From Verrucomicrobiota bacterium (GTDB lineage Bacteria; Verrucomicrobiota; Verrucomicrobiia; Chthoniobacterales; UBA6821), in assembly GCA_008933015.1 (NCBI GenBank), contig WBXH01000001.1:3576-67575 (forward strand): 64,000 nt of DNA. Reading direction: 5' to 3'. Shown here piece after piece: positions 47,435 to 57,355 of this stretch. The notes beneath the pieces were generated by a model. It saw only the letters and a program-made list of their open reading frames with translations. It ran no database searches and was not told the DNA's origin. A program made the position numbers and the translations under genes. How positions within the stretch are numbered: position 1 is the stretch's first letter; the number at the start of each line of letters is the position of its first letter.

Positions 47435-48235
47435 TTAGCGTGAGTCTAGAGCATCATTCCCTGTTCTCACTTCGTGCTCGTAGCCTCGACTGTATCGCAC
47501 AAAGACTGAAAAAGCCGTGGCATAGGCGATCCAGAACCCCGGAAATCCATCCAAGAATCCAAGCCTCAAAATATAAGCGCGAATAAAACGCCATAACGGA
47601 CGTAACAAGTTGGCGGCAAGTGACCAACTTTTCCCCGCCCTTTGCTGACGCTCGAAAAAATCTCCTGCGAACGGACCAATCTTGTCGAGATAACTTTGGA
47701 TGGTTGGGTAAGAATCGTGGAGGAGATCACCCCTGAGGTGCTTCACGGAACCATCGACTTTTACAGTATCATGGGCCGCATTCCCCTCCATGCGGGCATT
47801 TTCTCGGCGAACAAGGCGGAGTTTCGTATCCGGATACCAGTCGCCGTGGTTGATCCAGCGACCGAGAAAAAAGACCTTGCGGTTAAAGCATGCACCTCGG
47901 AACCAGTCGGCATCACCGCTCTCAAAAAATCCGGAAATGGAGTTGTGGAGTTCTTCGGAGATCTCCTCATCGCAATCCAGAATCAGAACCCAGGGCTGGG
48001 TGCAGTGATCGAGCGCCACCTGTTTCTGGGCAGAATGCCCGAGCCATTCCTGCGCAATGACAATCGCTCCGGAGGCTTTGGCAAGGTCTACCGTCCCATC
48101 AGTCGATCCGCTGTCGATCACGATGATTTCACGGGTAAGTCCGGCAGCGCTAGCAAGACACTTTGCCAACCTCCTAACTTCATTGTAGGAGGTGATCGCG
48201 AGGGATACCGGAGGGGGTTCCTTGAGTAGATTCAT
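47435..48235 (-). CDS. family 2 glycosyltransferase (LPS-core type)
   Basis: It has a GT-A fold (ITSYNE, VIDSGSTDGT, and the DCDE DxD motif). The ATG at 48235 forms an ATGA overlap with the mazG stop. An alternative start lies at 48268. Confidence 0.75.
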   Translation of the reverse strand: MNLLKEPPPVSLAITSYNEVRRLAKCLASAAGLTREIIVIDSGSTDGTVDLAKASGAIVIAQEWLGHSAQKQVALDHCTQPWVLILDCDEEISEELHNSISGFFESGDADWFRGACFNRKVFFLGRWINHGDWYPDTKLRLVRRENARMEGNAAHDTVKVDGSVKHLRGDLLHDSYPTIQSYLDKIGPFAGDFFERQQRAGKSWSLAANLLRPLWRFIRAYILRLGFLDGFPGFWIAYATAFSVFVRYSRGYEHEVRTGNDALDSR

Positions 48236-49041
48236 GGAGTTTTCTCCAACGATTTGACTTTCTCCCATAGTGCGTTCATCTCCGCGAAGGAGAGTTTGGA
48301 AAACTCCATATCGCGCATGCCTTCAACATGCTGACGTTCCATCATCTCAAAGCGTCGGCAAAATTTCTCGGTGGCTGCGTGCAATCCGGACTCGGCATCT
48401 ATTGAAAGAGCCCTTGAGAGATTCACCACGGCAAAGAGGAGATCCCCCATCTCCTCAACCAATCGCTCACCGACGTTATTTGCGTTCATCTCTACCTCGA
48501 CTTCATGGATCTCCTCACGAATCTTTTCCAGCACATCCTTCGGATGCTCCCAGTCAAAACCTGCCTTGGCCGCTTTTTTTTGGATCCTCTGAGCTCTTAC
48601 AAGAGCAGGAAAGGCGCGAGCCACGCCAGCAAGTAAAGATTCTTTTCCATCCTGATTGAGTCCTTTTGATTTCCTTTCGGAGCGTTTGATCTCCTCCCAC
48701 TGAATAAGGACAGCATTGCTTGTTCCTACATTCGAATCGCCGAAAACATGGGGATGGCGACGCACAAGTTTCTCCGCAGCCTTGGAAGCGATCGAGTCAA
48801 TCGTGAAGGTTTGGTGCTCGGCGGCAATCTCCGCCTGCATGAGAATATTGATCAGAAGATCGCCCAACTCTTCCTCGAGATCGCCGGATTGGCCATGCTC
48901 GATGGCATCCACAACTTCGTAAGCTTCCTCGATCAGCGAGGGACAGAGGGAACGAGGCGTCTGCTCCTGATCCCAAGGACAGCCTCCAGGTGCACGCAGA
49001 CGCGCAACGACCTCCCGGAGATATTCCATGGAGGAGCTCAT
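48232..49041 (-). CDS. mazG: nucleoside triphosphate pyrophosphohydrolase MazG (tandem MazG domains)
   Basis: 269 aa. It has GCPWD.EQT, EE.YE..DAI, and a repeated EExGD motif in both halves. Confidence 0.85.
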   Translation of the reverse strand: MSSSMEYLREVVARLRAPGGCPWDQEQTPRSLCPSLIEEAYEVVDAIEHGQSGDLEEELGDLLINILMQAEIAAEHQTFTIDSIASKAAEKLVRRHPHVFGDSNVGTSNAVLIQWEEIKRSERKSKGLNQDGKESLLAGVARAFPALVRAQRIQKKAAKAGFDWEHPKDVLEKIREEIHEVEVEMNANNVGERLVEEMGDLLFAVVNLSRALSIDAESGLHAATEKFCRRFEMMERQHVEGMRDMEFSKLSFAEMNALWEKVKSLEKTP

Positions 49042-49059
49042 CTTTAATCGGCTCTCCGC

Positions 49060-49992
49060 TTATCGAGGAGTTCCACCAGTCCCTCGGGCAAGGATCGCCT
49101 GGCGGGCCTGCTCAAGCGAGGAGCGCTCCTCGGCGCTGAGACTCGTCATCCCCTTGTTACTAATTTTCTCTAGGAGGGAGTCCATTACCATCTCGGGATC
49201 AATGTGATCACCATTAATAGCCATAGACAACTTGCCTATTTTGCCCGCCTTGGCTTCATGGCCAGTAGTAGTAGTTTTTTGACTGGATGCGGCAAGCCCT
49301 CCATTCAGTACGGAAAACGAATCCTGACGCTGTTTAAAAGATGGCAAGGAGAGGCTGAATGACCAACCAAACAGGGGTTCCTCGAATCCGGAACGCCTCA
49401 CAAGCTGGATCGCGAGCACGCTGGAGCACACAAGCACGAGAACCCGGGTCGCCTGGTGATCGGCAAGCATCTGAAGTGAAGAGATGGCCAACAGTCCAAC
49501 GAACACCCACCGTGCCGCCAGGCCAAAGAAGAACTGTGCCCCAGGATGCATCGCCACAAAAGCGGCAAAGACAGCAAAATTCACCTCCTGGGCTCCCACA
49601 CTCGACTGAGGAATTCCCGCATAGGAAAATCCCTGAAGGAGCATAGGCCCTAACAGCAAGAGGCCCGCATAGAGAATCCCAAAACGACGCCATCCGAGTC
49701 CATTCTCCACCTCACGGCCAAAATAATAAAGCATCAGCATTTCAAAAAGAAACCAGATGGAGGGTGTGGCCACGAAGGCATAGGTCAGGAGGCGCCAGAC
49801 CTGACCATGAGCAACAGCGGAACTACTATAGGCCAGCGCGTCAATCTGGGCACCATGCCCTGCGGCAAGCAGGAGTGCAGCGGCAATCATGGTAGCACTA
49901 TGGAGCGCGACCAAGAGCGTGATGAGACGAACAGGAAACTCCCCGAGATAGAAAAGGGGGGCGTTCTCTCTGGGAAGAATGAAAGCTGACAT
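49060..49992 (-). CDS. rhomboid-like polytopic membrane protein, apparently lacking catalytic residues
   Basis: 310 aa. It has rhomboid-like WR..TY.F and G.E.E..LG..RF blocks. The positions aligned to GlpG H150/N154/S201 read W/E/Q (GAQE in place of GxSG). Confidence 0.5.
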   Translation of the reverse strand: MSAFILPRENAPLFYLGEFPVRLITLLVALHSATMIAAALLLAAGHGAQIDALAYSSSAVAHGQVWRLLTYAFVATPSIWFLFEMLMLYYFGREVENGLGWRRFGILYAGLLLLGPMLLQGFSYAGIPQSSVGAQEVNFAVFAAFVAMHPGAQFFFGLAARWVFVGLLAISSLQMLADHQATRVLVLVCSSVLAIQLVRRSGFEEPLFGWSFSLSLPSFKQRQDSFSVLNGGLAASSQKTTTTGHEAKAGKIGKLSMAINGDHIDPEMVMDSLLEKISNKGMTSLSAEERSSLEQARQAILARGTGGTPR

Positions 49993-50041
49993 GAATTGAA
50001 ATTAACCGGTTGGGGCTTCCAGACAAGGGGGAAGGAACAGC

Positions 50042-50515
50042 TTAGCGGATTTTAGCCTGATCAACTAACTTCAGATGTCGTGAAACCTCGATTTTAAGAG
50101 CTCTTAAGGAGAGAAAAATATCGGCCAACAGATAGCCCATTGCCCCCAAAAGGACAGCCATATTCATGGAAAAGATTCCAATTACTACCATATCGATCTG
50201 CATCTCCCAAAAACCTTTCAGAAAGAGAAATAGGATCATCAGGCAGGAGAAGAAGATGCTCATTACCAGGAGACAGACCGAGAGGCGCAAGAGGGAGGCT
50301 CTGCGAATGAGGATGTTCAACTGCGCCGTGCTATCCTCTCGGGCGACGAGTTCCTCGAGGTCTAGTTCCTTAACGATGCTTCGTGAGCGATCAATGGCAC
50401 GTCCCAGCCGGTTGGTCACTGAAAGAAGCAGGAGTCCCACCGCTGATATCAGCACGGTAGGGGAAATCGAGAGCTGCATCAGCTTCGAGAGCGACTCGAT
50501 ATTGAAATTTTCCAT
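50042..50515 (-). CDS. DUF2721-family membrane protein
   Basis: 157 aa with three TM segments and the N-terminal block ISPTVLISAVGLLLLSVTNRLGRAIDR, which is characteristic of DUF2721. This is recalled from memory, not searched. Confidence 0.55.
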   Translation of the reverse strand: MENFNIESLSKLMQLSISPTVLISAVGLLLLSVTNRLGRAIDRSRSIVKELDLEELVAREDSTAQLNILIRRASLLRLSVCLLVMSIFFSCLMILFLFLKGFWEMQIDMVVIGIFSMNMAVLLGAMGYLLADIFLSLRALKIEVSRHLKLVDQAKIR

Positions 50516-50666
50516 ATCAGAAATCTTGAGAGGTCGAGGTTTTGGTGAGATCCATGATCACACAAATCAACTATCGATCTTTCATTCCTAGGGGGCAAGA
50601 CTTGGTACATCGTGTTGTGGTTGCATGCCCCTTGCACTGCACGGGAAAATATCTCACAACAGAGCC

Positions 50667-52517
50667 ATGACCACTTCGACATTATCCTCTGAACTTGGAT
50701 CCAAAATCCCAAAGATTGCCAGTCTGACCGAATGGGTCAAAGAGGTTGCAGCCATCACTACACCGAAATCGATTTTTTGGTGCGACGGCTCGGAGGCAGA
50801 GGACAAACTGATGCGCGACCGAATCGTGGCCTCCGGATCAGGTCTCTGGCTGAATGCCGATAAACGCCCCAATTCTCTTTTGGTACGCAGTGATCCGCGA
50901 GATGTCGCTCGCGTGGAGGAGCGCACCTTTATCTGCTGTAAAGCCAAGAAAGACGCGGGACCCACCAATAATTGGCGCGACCCCTCCGTCATGAAGGCGA
51001 AGTTAAACGGACTCCTCAATGGATGCATGAAGGGTCGCACCCTGTACGTCATCCCATTCAGCATGGGGCCGATCGGATCCCCCATTGCTCAGTACGGCAT
51101 CGAGATCTCGGACAGCCCTTATGTCGTGGCCAACATGCGCACCATGACACGCATGGGATCCGCAGTTTATGAGCAGATCTCCAAAAGCGGGGATTTCGTA
51201 AAATGCCTGCATTCCGTCGGTTTCCCGGTGGAAAATGAAAAACAGGATGTCCCTTGGCCATGTGACCCAGAGAACACCTATGTCACCCACTTCCCTGAAG
51301 ACAGACTGATCATTAGCTTCGGCTCGGGATACGGTGGCAATGCTTTACTTGGCAAGAAATGCTTCGCCCTCCGCATCGCCTCCGCCATGGGCCGTGACGA
51401 GGGATGGATGGCTGAGCACATGCTTATCCTCGGGGTGAAGGATCCCGCCGGAGTGAAAACCTATGTCACCGCCGCTTTTCCGAGTGCCTGCGGCAAGACG
51501 AACTTTGCTATGATCATTCCCCCAAAACATCTTAAGGAAGAGGGCTGGGAAGTCTCCTGCGTCGGAGATGACATTGCCTGGATTAAGCCCGGTCCCGACG
51601 GGTGGCTGAGAGCGATCAATCCTGAAGCCGGATTTTTCGGCGTAGCCCCCGGCACATCCTACGAGAGCAACCCGATGGCGATGGATTCGATCAAAAAAGA
51701 CACCATCTTCACAAACGTCGCCCTCACTGACGATGGTGACGTCTGGTGGGAGGGAATGACTAAGGAATCTCCCGCCCATCTGATCGATTGGAAGGGCAAG
51801 GATTGGACTCCGGATAAAAGGGATGCGGATGGTAAGCCCATCCTCTCGAGTCATCCGAACAGCCGCTTCACAGCCCCAGCCGGCAACTGTCCCATCATCG
51901 ACCCTGACTGGGAGAATCCCGAGGGCGTCCGAATCAGTGCCATGATCTTCGGAGGCCGCAGGGCCACTACCATGCCTCTGATTTTTCAGGCTTTCAACTG
52001 GGTGCACGGCGTTTACCTAGGAGCCACGGTTGGCTCCGAGATGACAGCTGCTGCTGCCGGGACAATCGGCCAAGTCCGCCGTGATCCAATGGCGATGCTT
52101 CCCTTCTGCGGCTATAATATGGGCGACTATTTCGCCCACTGGCTCAAGATACGCCGTCTCGTGAAATATGTCCCTCGCATCTTTCACGTCAACTGGTTCC
52201 GCAAGAGCCCTGAAGGCAAATTCCTTTGGCCTGGATTCGGGGACAACATGCGTGTTCTCAAGTGGATTGTTCAGCGCTGTCAGCTTGGAGCTCATGCTCT
52301 TGAGACCTCAGTAGGATGGATCCCAGAATACAAAGATCTCGACATGAAAGGCCTCGAGGAAAAAATCACTCCCGAAGCCTTTGAGCAATTGCAGGCTATC
52401 GATCCTTCGGAATGGCACCGCGAGCTTCTTCTTCAGGACGAACTCTTCATGAAGCTCTATAGCCACCTTCCGAAGGAACTCATTTTCCAGCGCGAACTCC
52501 TGATCTCAAGGCTCTGA
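50667..52517 (+). CDS. pckG: phosphoenolpyruvate carboxykinase (GTP)
   Basis: 616 aa from the ATG at 50667. It has [18 protein letters not shown], the kinase-1a motif SACGKTN, and FGGRR. Confidence 0.95.
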   Translation: MTTSTLSSELGSKIPKIASLTEWVKEVAAITTPKSIFWCDGSEAEDKLMRDRIVASGSGLWLNADKRPNSLLVRSDPRDVARVEERTFICCKAKKDAGPTNNWRDPSVMKAKLNGLLNGCMKGRTLYVIPFSMGPIGSPIAQYGIEISDSPYVVANMRTMTRMGSAVYEQISKSGDFVKCLHSVGFPVENEKQDVPWPCDPENTYVTHFPEDRLIISFGSGYGGNALLGKKCFALRIASAMGRDEGWMAEHMLILGVKDPAGVKTYVTAAFPSACGKTNFAMIIPPKHLKEEGWEVSCVGDDIAWIKPGPDGWLRAINPEAGFFGVAPGTSYESNPMAMDSIKKDTIFTNVALTDDGDVWWEGMTKESPAHLIDWKGKDWTPDKRDADGKPILSSHPNSRFTAPAGNCPIIDPDWENPEGVRISAMIFGGRRATTMPLIFQAFNWVHGVYLGATVGSEMTAAAAGTIGQVRRDPMAMLPFCGYNMGDYFAHWLKIRRLVKYVPRIFHVNWFRKSPEGKFLWPGFGDNMRVLKWIVQRCQLGAHALETSVGWIPEYKDLDMKGLEEKITPEAFEQLQAIDPSEWHRELLLQDELFMKLYSHLPKELIFQRELLISRL

Positions 52518-52616
52518 AATTTGGGTGTTATGAAACGAGCAAGCAAAACAATCACGAAGGGATAAGCTGTGATGGTTTAGCCAACAGCATTATCAACCGA
52601 AAGAGGAAAAAGAAAG

Positions 52617-53396
52617 TCAGACTCCCTTAGATGAGGGTAGGAGTGGTGAGACCGTGTCAGAGTGTATCCACCCCGAGACGCCGGGGCCTACAGAAACACA
52701 CCACCAAGACCCATTGCGCGACACAATCCTGATCAGTGTTCCAGGAACTGCGGAACCCAAAGAAGCGGCGTTATCAGCGGGAGTGGATTTTAACTCCTGG
52801 GCCTCCTTGGCCGTGATAACGGCCTGTTTTGCGGCCACCAACCGGGGATCGATTAAAGTCCCCAACACGCAGACGCCATGTCCTGCACCCGCCAGAATGA
52901 TTGCTAAAAGAACAATTCTCTTCTTCCGAGGCCCCAACATCAAAAAAATTATCAGGGCAAAGATACCAATCCAACCGATTATGGAACCACCCAGAATCAG
53001 GAATTCTGGAGGAATCATTTCTGTCATGGCCTCTCGCCATCCAGAGGCAAGCGGAATGCCACGCCCACCCAACAGAACGCCCAATTGCCGGCGAGCTGGT
53101 GCAAATCCGGGATCAAGCAGGAGGGCCCGCCTTAAGGAGAGCGAGGCAGCGGGCGCATTACCATTTTTCTCCTCGGCAAGAGCACGATTGAACCAGAGTT
53201 CCGCCGAACTAGACTCTGACAGCTCGGGAGAAGAAAGGATCGCCTTGTAGGAATCAAGTGCCTCAATGGGATGTCCCCCGGCAAGTGAGGCGTTTGCTGA
53301 AGTAACCTGATCCACAAGCCCAGCACAGATCGGGTCTGTGGAACAGACAATGAACAGGCATCCAGCAATGATGGTTCGAGTCAGTTTTTTATTCAT
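52617..53396 (-). CDS. BatE-like TPR / transmembrane / SH3b protein
   Basis: 259 aa from the ATG at 53396 (MNKKLTRT...). It has a signal peptide, TPR-like repeats, two TM segments, and a C-terminal SH3b-like segment (GTLIRIVSRNGSWWCV...GWIH). It is the last gene of the Bat-type operon and overlaps the previous gene by 8 nt. Confidence 0.65.
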   Translation of the reverse strand: MNKKLTRTIIAGCLFIVCSTDPICAGLVDQVTSANASLAGGHPIEALDSYKAILSSPELSESSSAELWFNRALAEEKNGNAPAASLSLRRALLLDPGFAPARRQLGVLLGGRGIPLASGWREAMTEMIPPEFLILGGSIIGWIGIFALIIFLMLGPRKKRIVLLAIILAGAGHGVCVLGTLIDPRLVAAKQAVITAKEAQELKSTPADNAASLGSAVPGTLIRIVSRNGSWWCVSVGPGVSGWIHSDTVSPLLPSSKGV

Positions 53397-55188
53397 GTTT
53401 GGGAGTCGTGATGTAAAGACGAAGGTCGGAGAGCAGCTTTTCCCTATCGGCTTGATTGAGAGGGTATGTCCCTCCAGTTCCGTACTTGAGGTGATCCCGC
53501 TTGGCGTTGACGGAGGCAAGTATTGCATGGCATGAATCCCCCTGCGCAGTCATCTCCAGATATTCCACGGCCGCATCATACGTGGTAACGGCATCCATGG
53601 TCTCATCGGTAAGGTTTGCCCAAAGCGCCGAAAGACGGCGCTTGCGACGGGAGGTAGCTGTCCCCCCGCGGGCTTGGAGATCACGAAACCAGAGAACTCC
53701 GGCAAGAGCGCCTGTGGCAACGAGCATGGAGATCGAAGCGGTCAGGAACTCGGATCGCTGAACCGGCGTCTTCCAAGAATGAAGGGTCAATCCCGCGATC
53801 GGATCACCTTTCCTTGGGGTCAGGGAGGGCTTTGATCCTGGTGAAGGAGTGGGTTGGGATTGTTTCCCTGACAGGTTGTTTGCTGGGACAATAGCCGTAT
53901 TTTCGGGCGAGGCCTCCAACGGAAGAGGTTTTGTGATCAGGGTCTGATACTTTCCAGATTGAGGATCAAAGAATGAAAATTCTGCTCCCGGCGAGACATG
54001 GGTCGACTTTTGAGCAATCAGAGTGAAGTCGAATGACTTGACCCCTGTGTAGGAAAGTTCATCCGAGCTGTCGAACTTATCGGTAGGGGGATAGGTTCTC
54101 CAAACATCCGTAGCCGTTAGTACAGGCGGTCCCATCCCCTTGAAATTTCCCTTACCTCCGATTTTCACATTCAGCATGGCTGGGTCACCCGGAGAGGGGT
54201 GGTTATTGCTGACGATTGCATCGATATCAAACTGACCAACAGCCCCGGCAAATGAAGCCGGCCTTCCCTCCTTGGGAAGAGGCAGTACCTCCAAGTGGAG
54301 TGGAGCAGTCTTGACTGCAAGCTCACGGGTCTGACCAAAACGGGCCTGTCCGCCGAGCAGTTGCTGAAAGACTGGATCATCAAAGCCGGGCGGTAGTTCT
54401 CCCGGCAACTGGATCTGACAATCAAGTTTTGCCGGTGCAAGATCAATGGAGCCAGGTTTCACACCAGATAGGAGTGAATGAAAGGTAAGGACATTGTAGA
54501 GAACTCCATTGCGCTCCTCCCTTCCCTCCTTGGGATCGGGAAAACGCTCGACAAGAACACCCTCGCCTCCGAAATCAACCCTACCTCGAACCTGCGTTGC
54601 GTAGCGGGCATCAAAATAATACCTGATCTCAACGGGCACCATTTCTCCGGCGTAGAGAGTCTTTTTCGAACAATCGATCTCACCGAAGGCAACCCGTCCC
54701 ATATCAGGCTTTGGAGTGGCGGCACGGGGACGGGATTGGGAGAACCCAGGCATGCCGGGTGGTGATGAAGTTGCTGGCACCGAAGCGGCCGCAGTGGGAC
54801 CGGTGGCATCCAGAACAGAAAAGGAGAGGGACTGTGTTCGGAACTGGCGTCCGTCAGCACTCACGGTTACCGAGGGGATCAGGAATTTACCGGTGCGCAG
54901 GGGCATCACGATATAGCTGTACACGACTGAGGAAGTGACCTTGAAATTGACCATCTGCACTTGGGTGGACTGGCCGGTAAGGCGAATATTCAAGCCTTCG
55001 ACAGCAATCTGTTGCGGCACATCAGCCTGCTGGGCGCCTGAAACCTTAATCTGAAGTTCCGCCATATCCCCGGAGTTTACCTCTGGTCTCGAAATCCCAG
55101 CGTTCACCGAGATTCCATCGGCAAGAAGAGGGTTGATGCCTACTAAAAGAAGGAAAAGAGAAAAAAAGCTGGAAAATCGTATTTTCAT
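53389..55188 (-). CDS. BatD-like oxygen-tolerance protein
   Basis: 599 aa with a signal peptide, a large beta-rich ectodomain, a C-terminal TM segment (LTASISMLVATGALAGVLWF), and a cytoplasmic tail. The position and architecture match BatD. Confidence 0.65.
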   Translation of the reverse strand: MKIRFSSFFSLFLLLVGINPLLADGISVNAGISRPEVNSGDMAELQIKVSGAQQADVPQQIAVEGLNIRLTGQSTQVQMVNFKVTSSVVYSYIVMPLRTGKFLIPSVTVSADGRQFRTQSLSFSVLDATGPTAAASVPATSSPPGMPGFSQSRPRAATPKPDMGRVAFGEIDCSKKTLYAGEMVPVEIRYYFDARYATQVRGRVDFGGEGVLVERFPDPKEGREERNGVLYNVLTFHSLLSGVKPGSIDLAPAKLDCQIQLPGELPPGFDDPVFQQLLGGQARFGQTRELAVKTAPLHLEVLPLPKEGRPASFAGAVGQFDIDAIVSNNHPSPGDPAMLNVKIGGKGNFKGMGPPVLTATDVWRTYPPTDKFDSSDELSYTGVKSFDFTLIAQKSTHVSPGAEFSFFDPQSGKYQTLITKPLPLEASPENTAIVPANNLSGKQSQPTPSPGSKPSLTPRKGDPIAGLTLHSWKTPVQRSEFLTASISMLVATGALAGVLWFRDLQARGGTATSRRKRRLSALWANLTDETMDAVTTYDAAVEYLEMTAQGDSCHAILASVNAKRDHLKYGTGGTYPLNQADREKLLSDLRLYITTPKHE

Positions 55189-55201
55189 CTCGTGGAGACT
55201 A

Positions 55202-57355
55202 TTACCAGTCGCGAAGCGGTTGTTCCACCGCCCTGTTCTGCTGGTTATTCAACTGATGGGCTTCTTCATCCTGTACGGATCGCAAGAGGGACCTGGCCTG
55301 ATTGGGCGACATCTTCCCATCCTTTCCGTCGTCGGATTCAGCTACTTCGGCCTGCTGACCCTCCTTTTTTTCACCCTGCTGGCCTCCAGTGAGGTTTCCT
55401 TGTTTCTTATCACTCGGAGTCGGAGTGGGCTGAACGCCATGTCCGGCCTGTTGGTCAGCCTGTTGCTGCTTTTCTGACTGAGACTGACTTCCTTGTTGTG
55501 GAGATTCCGACTTCTCTTGAGATCCCCCACCACCTTGATCGGGAGTCGGTGTTGGGGAAGCCTGTTGCTGGCCTTGATTTCCTTGATCCTTTTTCTGATC
55601 AGATTGACCCTGCTTGGAATCCTGGGGCTTGTTTTCACCCTTATCCTTATCCTGATCCTTGCCGTTTTCCCCTTGGGACTGATCGTTTTTTTGCTGATCT
55701 TTCCCCTTATCCTTGGAGTCTTTCTGCCCCCCACCCCCACCTTGGGATTGGTCACTCTTGCTCTTGTCCTGATCCTTGTTTTTGTCTTTTTGATCTTTGT
55801 CGTTCTTTTTGTCCTGCTCCTGCTGCTTCTGGAGTTTCTCGATCAACTTCCGTACAATTTCCCGATTTTCCTTGGTCGGTTTGTCTTCAGGGTGATCCTT
55901 GAGGACTGTTTCGTAGTGTTGCAGCGCATTTTTCCAATCCGAGAGTTTAGCCTCCTTCTCTTGAGCCGACTCTCCAGAGCGGACCAGAGAATTGGCCAGA
56001 TTGTAGGTAGCCGCATCCCGGATCTTCGAATTCCGCGAAGTCATCGCCCCGGCGAAGTAGTCTGCCGCCTTCTTGTAATCACCCGCCTTGTAGGCGGCAG
56101 CACCGGCATCGAACCTGATTTCAGAGGCGTTGGCTCCCGACTCGATCCTGTGTTCAAAATCCTTGAGTGCAGCCTCATAGTCTCCCGACTGATATTCCTT
56201 GATGCCCGAAGTGGCTGCCTTAAGGGAACCCTGTGATCCATCTAAGGGGAAGAGCAGCATCGCCCAAAACAATGAAGAGACCATCCGTTTCCCCCACCAT
56301 CTTATTTTCCCCTCGCCCAGCACGGACCACAGAGTCAATACAAGAAGGACTGCACCCAGAGGCCACGCATAACGCTCGATTGGTTTGCGGGCACTCATGA
56401 CCCCCGTCTCCTCCTCTTCCATCGAAACAATCCCTTTTTCGTAGATAACCGCGGCATCATCCTGGCCATAGGGGAGATAAAACCCTCCCGTCTCCTTGGC
56501 GATCTGCGTGAGACGTGAGGCGTCAAGTTTGGAGTTCACCGACCGTCCGGACTCGTCCCTCACAAAGTCATTCCGCCCTTCCTCCGTCTTAATTGGTATC
56601 AGGGACCCCTCCGGGGATCCGAATCCAATAGTGTAGATTCTCACGCTGGAAGCCTGCGCCTCCTTGGCCGCCTCCAGACTATCCCCGTTGAGTTCCTCCC
56701 CATCAGTCATGAGTACTAACGCCCTGCTCATCGTCTCCCCCTTCCCAAAGGCTGCTATGGAGAGACGGATGGCCGAGGCGATATCAGTGCCCCCCTTGGG
56801 GATAGTATTGCTGTCGAGGTCGGTGATTGATGTAAGCACGGCCCCCTTATCGAGCGTCAACGGGGCTTGAAGGAAAGACGTTCCGGCAAACGCGATGAGA
56901 CCGACCCGGTCGCCCTTGAGAAGATTCAGGAGATCTTGTGAGATAAGTTTGGCTCGGCCAAGCCTGGTTGGTGCCGTGTCTGTCGAGAGCATGCTGCGTG
57001 AGGTGTCGATCGCTATGATCACATCACGCCCCTTCGACTTGACCTGCTGTTCGATGGATCCAAGACGTGGTTGGGCAAGGGCAAGAAAACTAAAGGCGAT
57101 TGCCGAAAGCAGCAGAGCTATCCTGAGATTTCTCATCAGGCCACTAACCTGACCGGCAAGCTGTTGCTGTAATCGGGGCGCCAGGATTCTTGAGAGCAAT
57201 GTTTCACGACGGCTTCCTGCATCAATAAAAAGCCAAAGCAATGGCAGCAGAAGAAAGAGTGCCCACAACCAGGCGGAATGACCGAAAGAAAGACCGTCAT
57301 CGAGGGAAATCAGGAGAATCGGTTTCATGGACAGGATCATGGGAGACGGCGCCAC
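55202..57355 (-). CDS. BatB/BatC-like fusion: membrane-anchored vWA domain, TPR repeats and a long K/D/Q/G-rich tail
   Basis: 717 aa. It has N-terminal TM segments, a vWA MIDAS motif (VIIAIDTSRSM), a further TM segment, and TPR repeats (YEAALKDFE... and YKKAADYF...). A ~180-aa low-complexity region follows (DKKNDKDQKDKNKDQDKSKSDQSQGGGGGQKD...). Confidence 0.75.
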   Translation of the reverse strand: MAPSPMILSMKPILLISLDDGLSFGHSAWLWALFLLLPLLWLFIDAGSRRETLLSRILAPRLQQQLAGQVSGLMRNLRIALLLSAIAFSFLALAQPRLGSIEQQVKSKGRDVIIAIDTSRSMLSTDTAPTRLGRAKLISQDLLNLLKGDRVGLIAFAGTSFLQAPLTLDKGAVLTSITDLDSNTIPKGGTDIASAIRLSIAAFGKGETMSRALVLMTDGEELNGDSLEAAKEAQASSVRIYTIGFGSPEGSLIPIKTEEGRNDFVRDESGRSVNSKLDASRLTQIAKETGGFYLPYGQDDAAVIYEKGIVSMEEEETGVMSARKPIERYAWPLGAVLLVLTLWSVLGEGKIRWWGKRMVSSLFWAMLLFPLDGSQGSLKAATSGIKEYQSGDYEAALKDFEHRIESGANASEIRFDAGAAAYKAGDYKKAADYFAGAMTSRNSKIRDAATYNLANSLVRSGESAQEKEAKLSDWKNALQHYETVLKDHPEDKPTKENREIVRKLIEKLQKQQEQDKKNDKDQKDKNKDQDKSKSDQSQGGGGGQKDSKDKGKDQQKNDQSQGENGKDQDKDKGENKPQDSKQGQSDQKKDQGNQGQQQASPTPTPDQGGGGSQEKSESPQQGSQSQSEKQQQADQQAGHGVQPTPTPSDKKQGNLTGGQQGEKKEGQQAEVAESDDGKDGKMSPNQARSLLRSVQDEEAHQLNNQQNRAVEQPLRDW

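Noticed and set aside
55342-56236. A 137-aa alternate-frame ORF (55342-55755, minus strand) and 247-aa and 134-aa antisense ORFs in the BatB/C low-complexity region.
   Set aside because: These are produced by the repetitive AAG/GAT/CAG-rich coding sequence of the K/D/Q tail. Their translations are homopolymer-like (L/F/I or R/K/I runs) with no independent signals.
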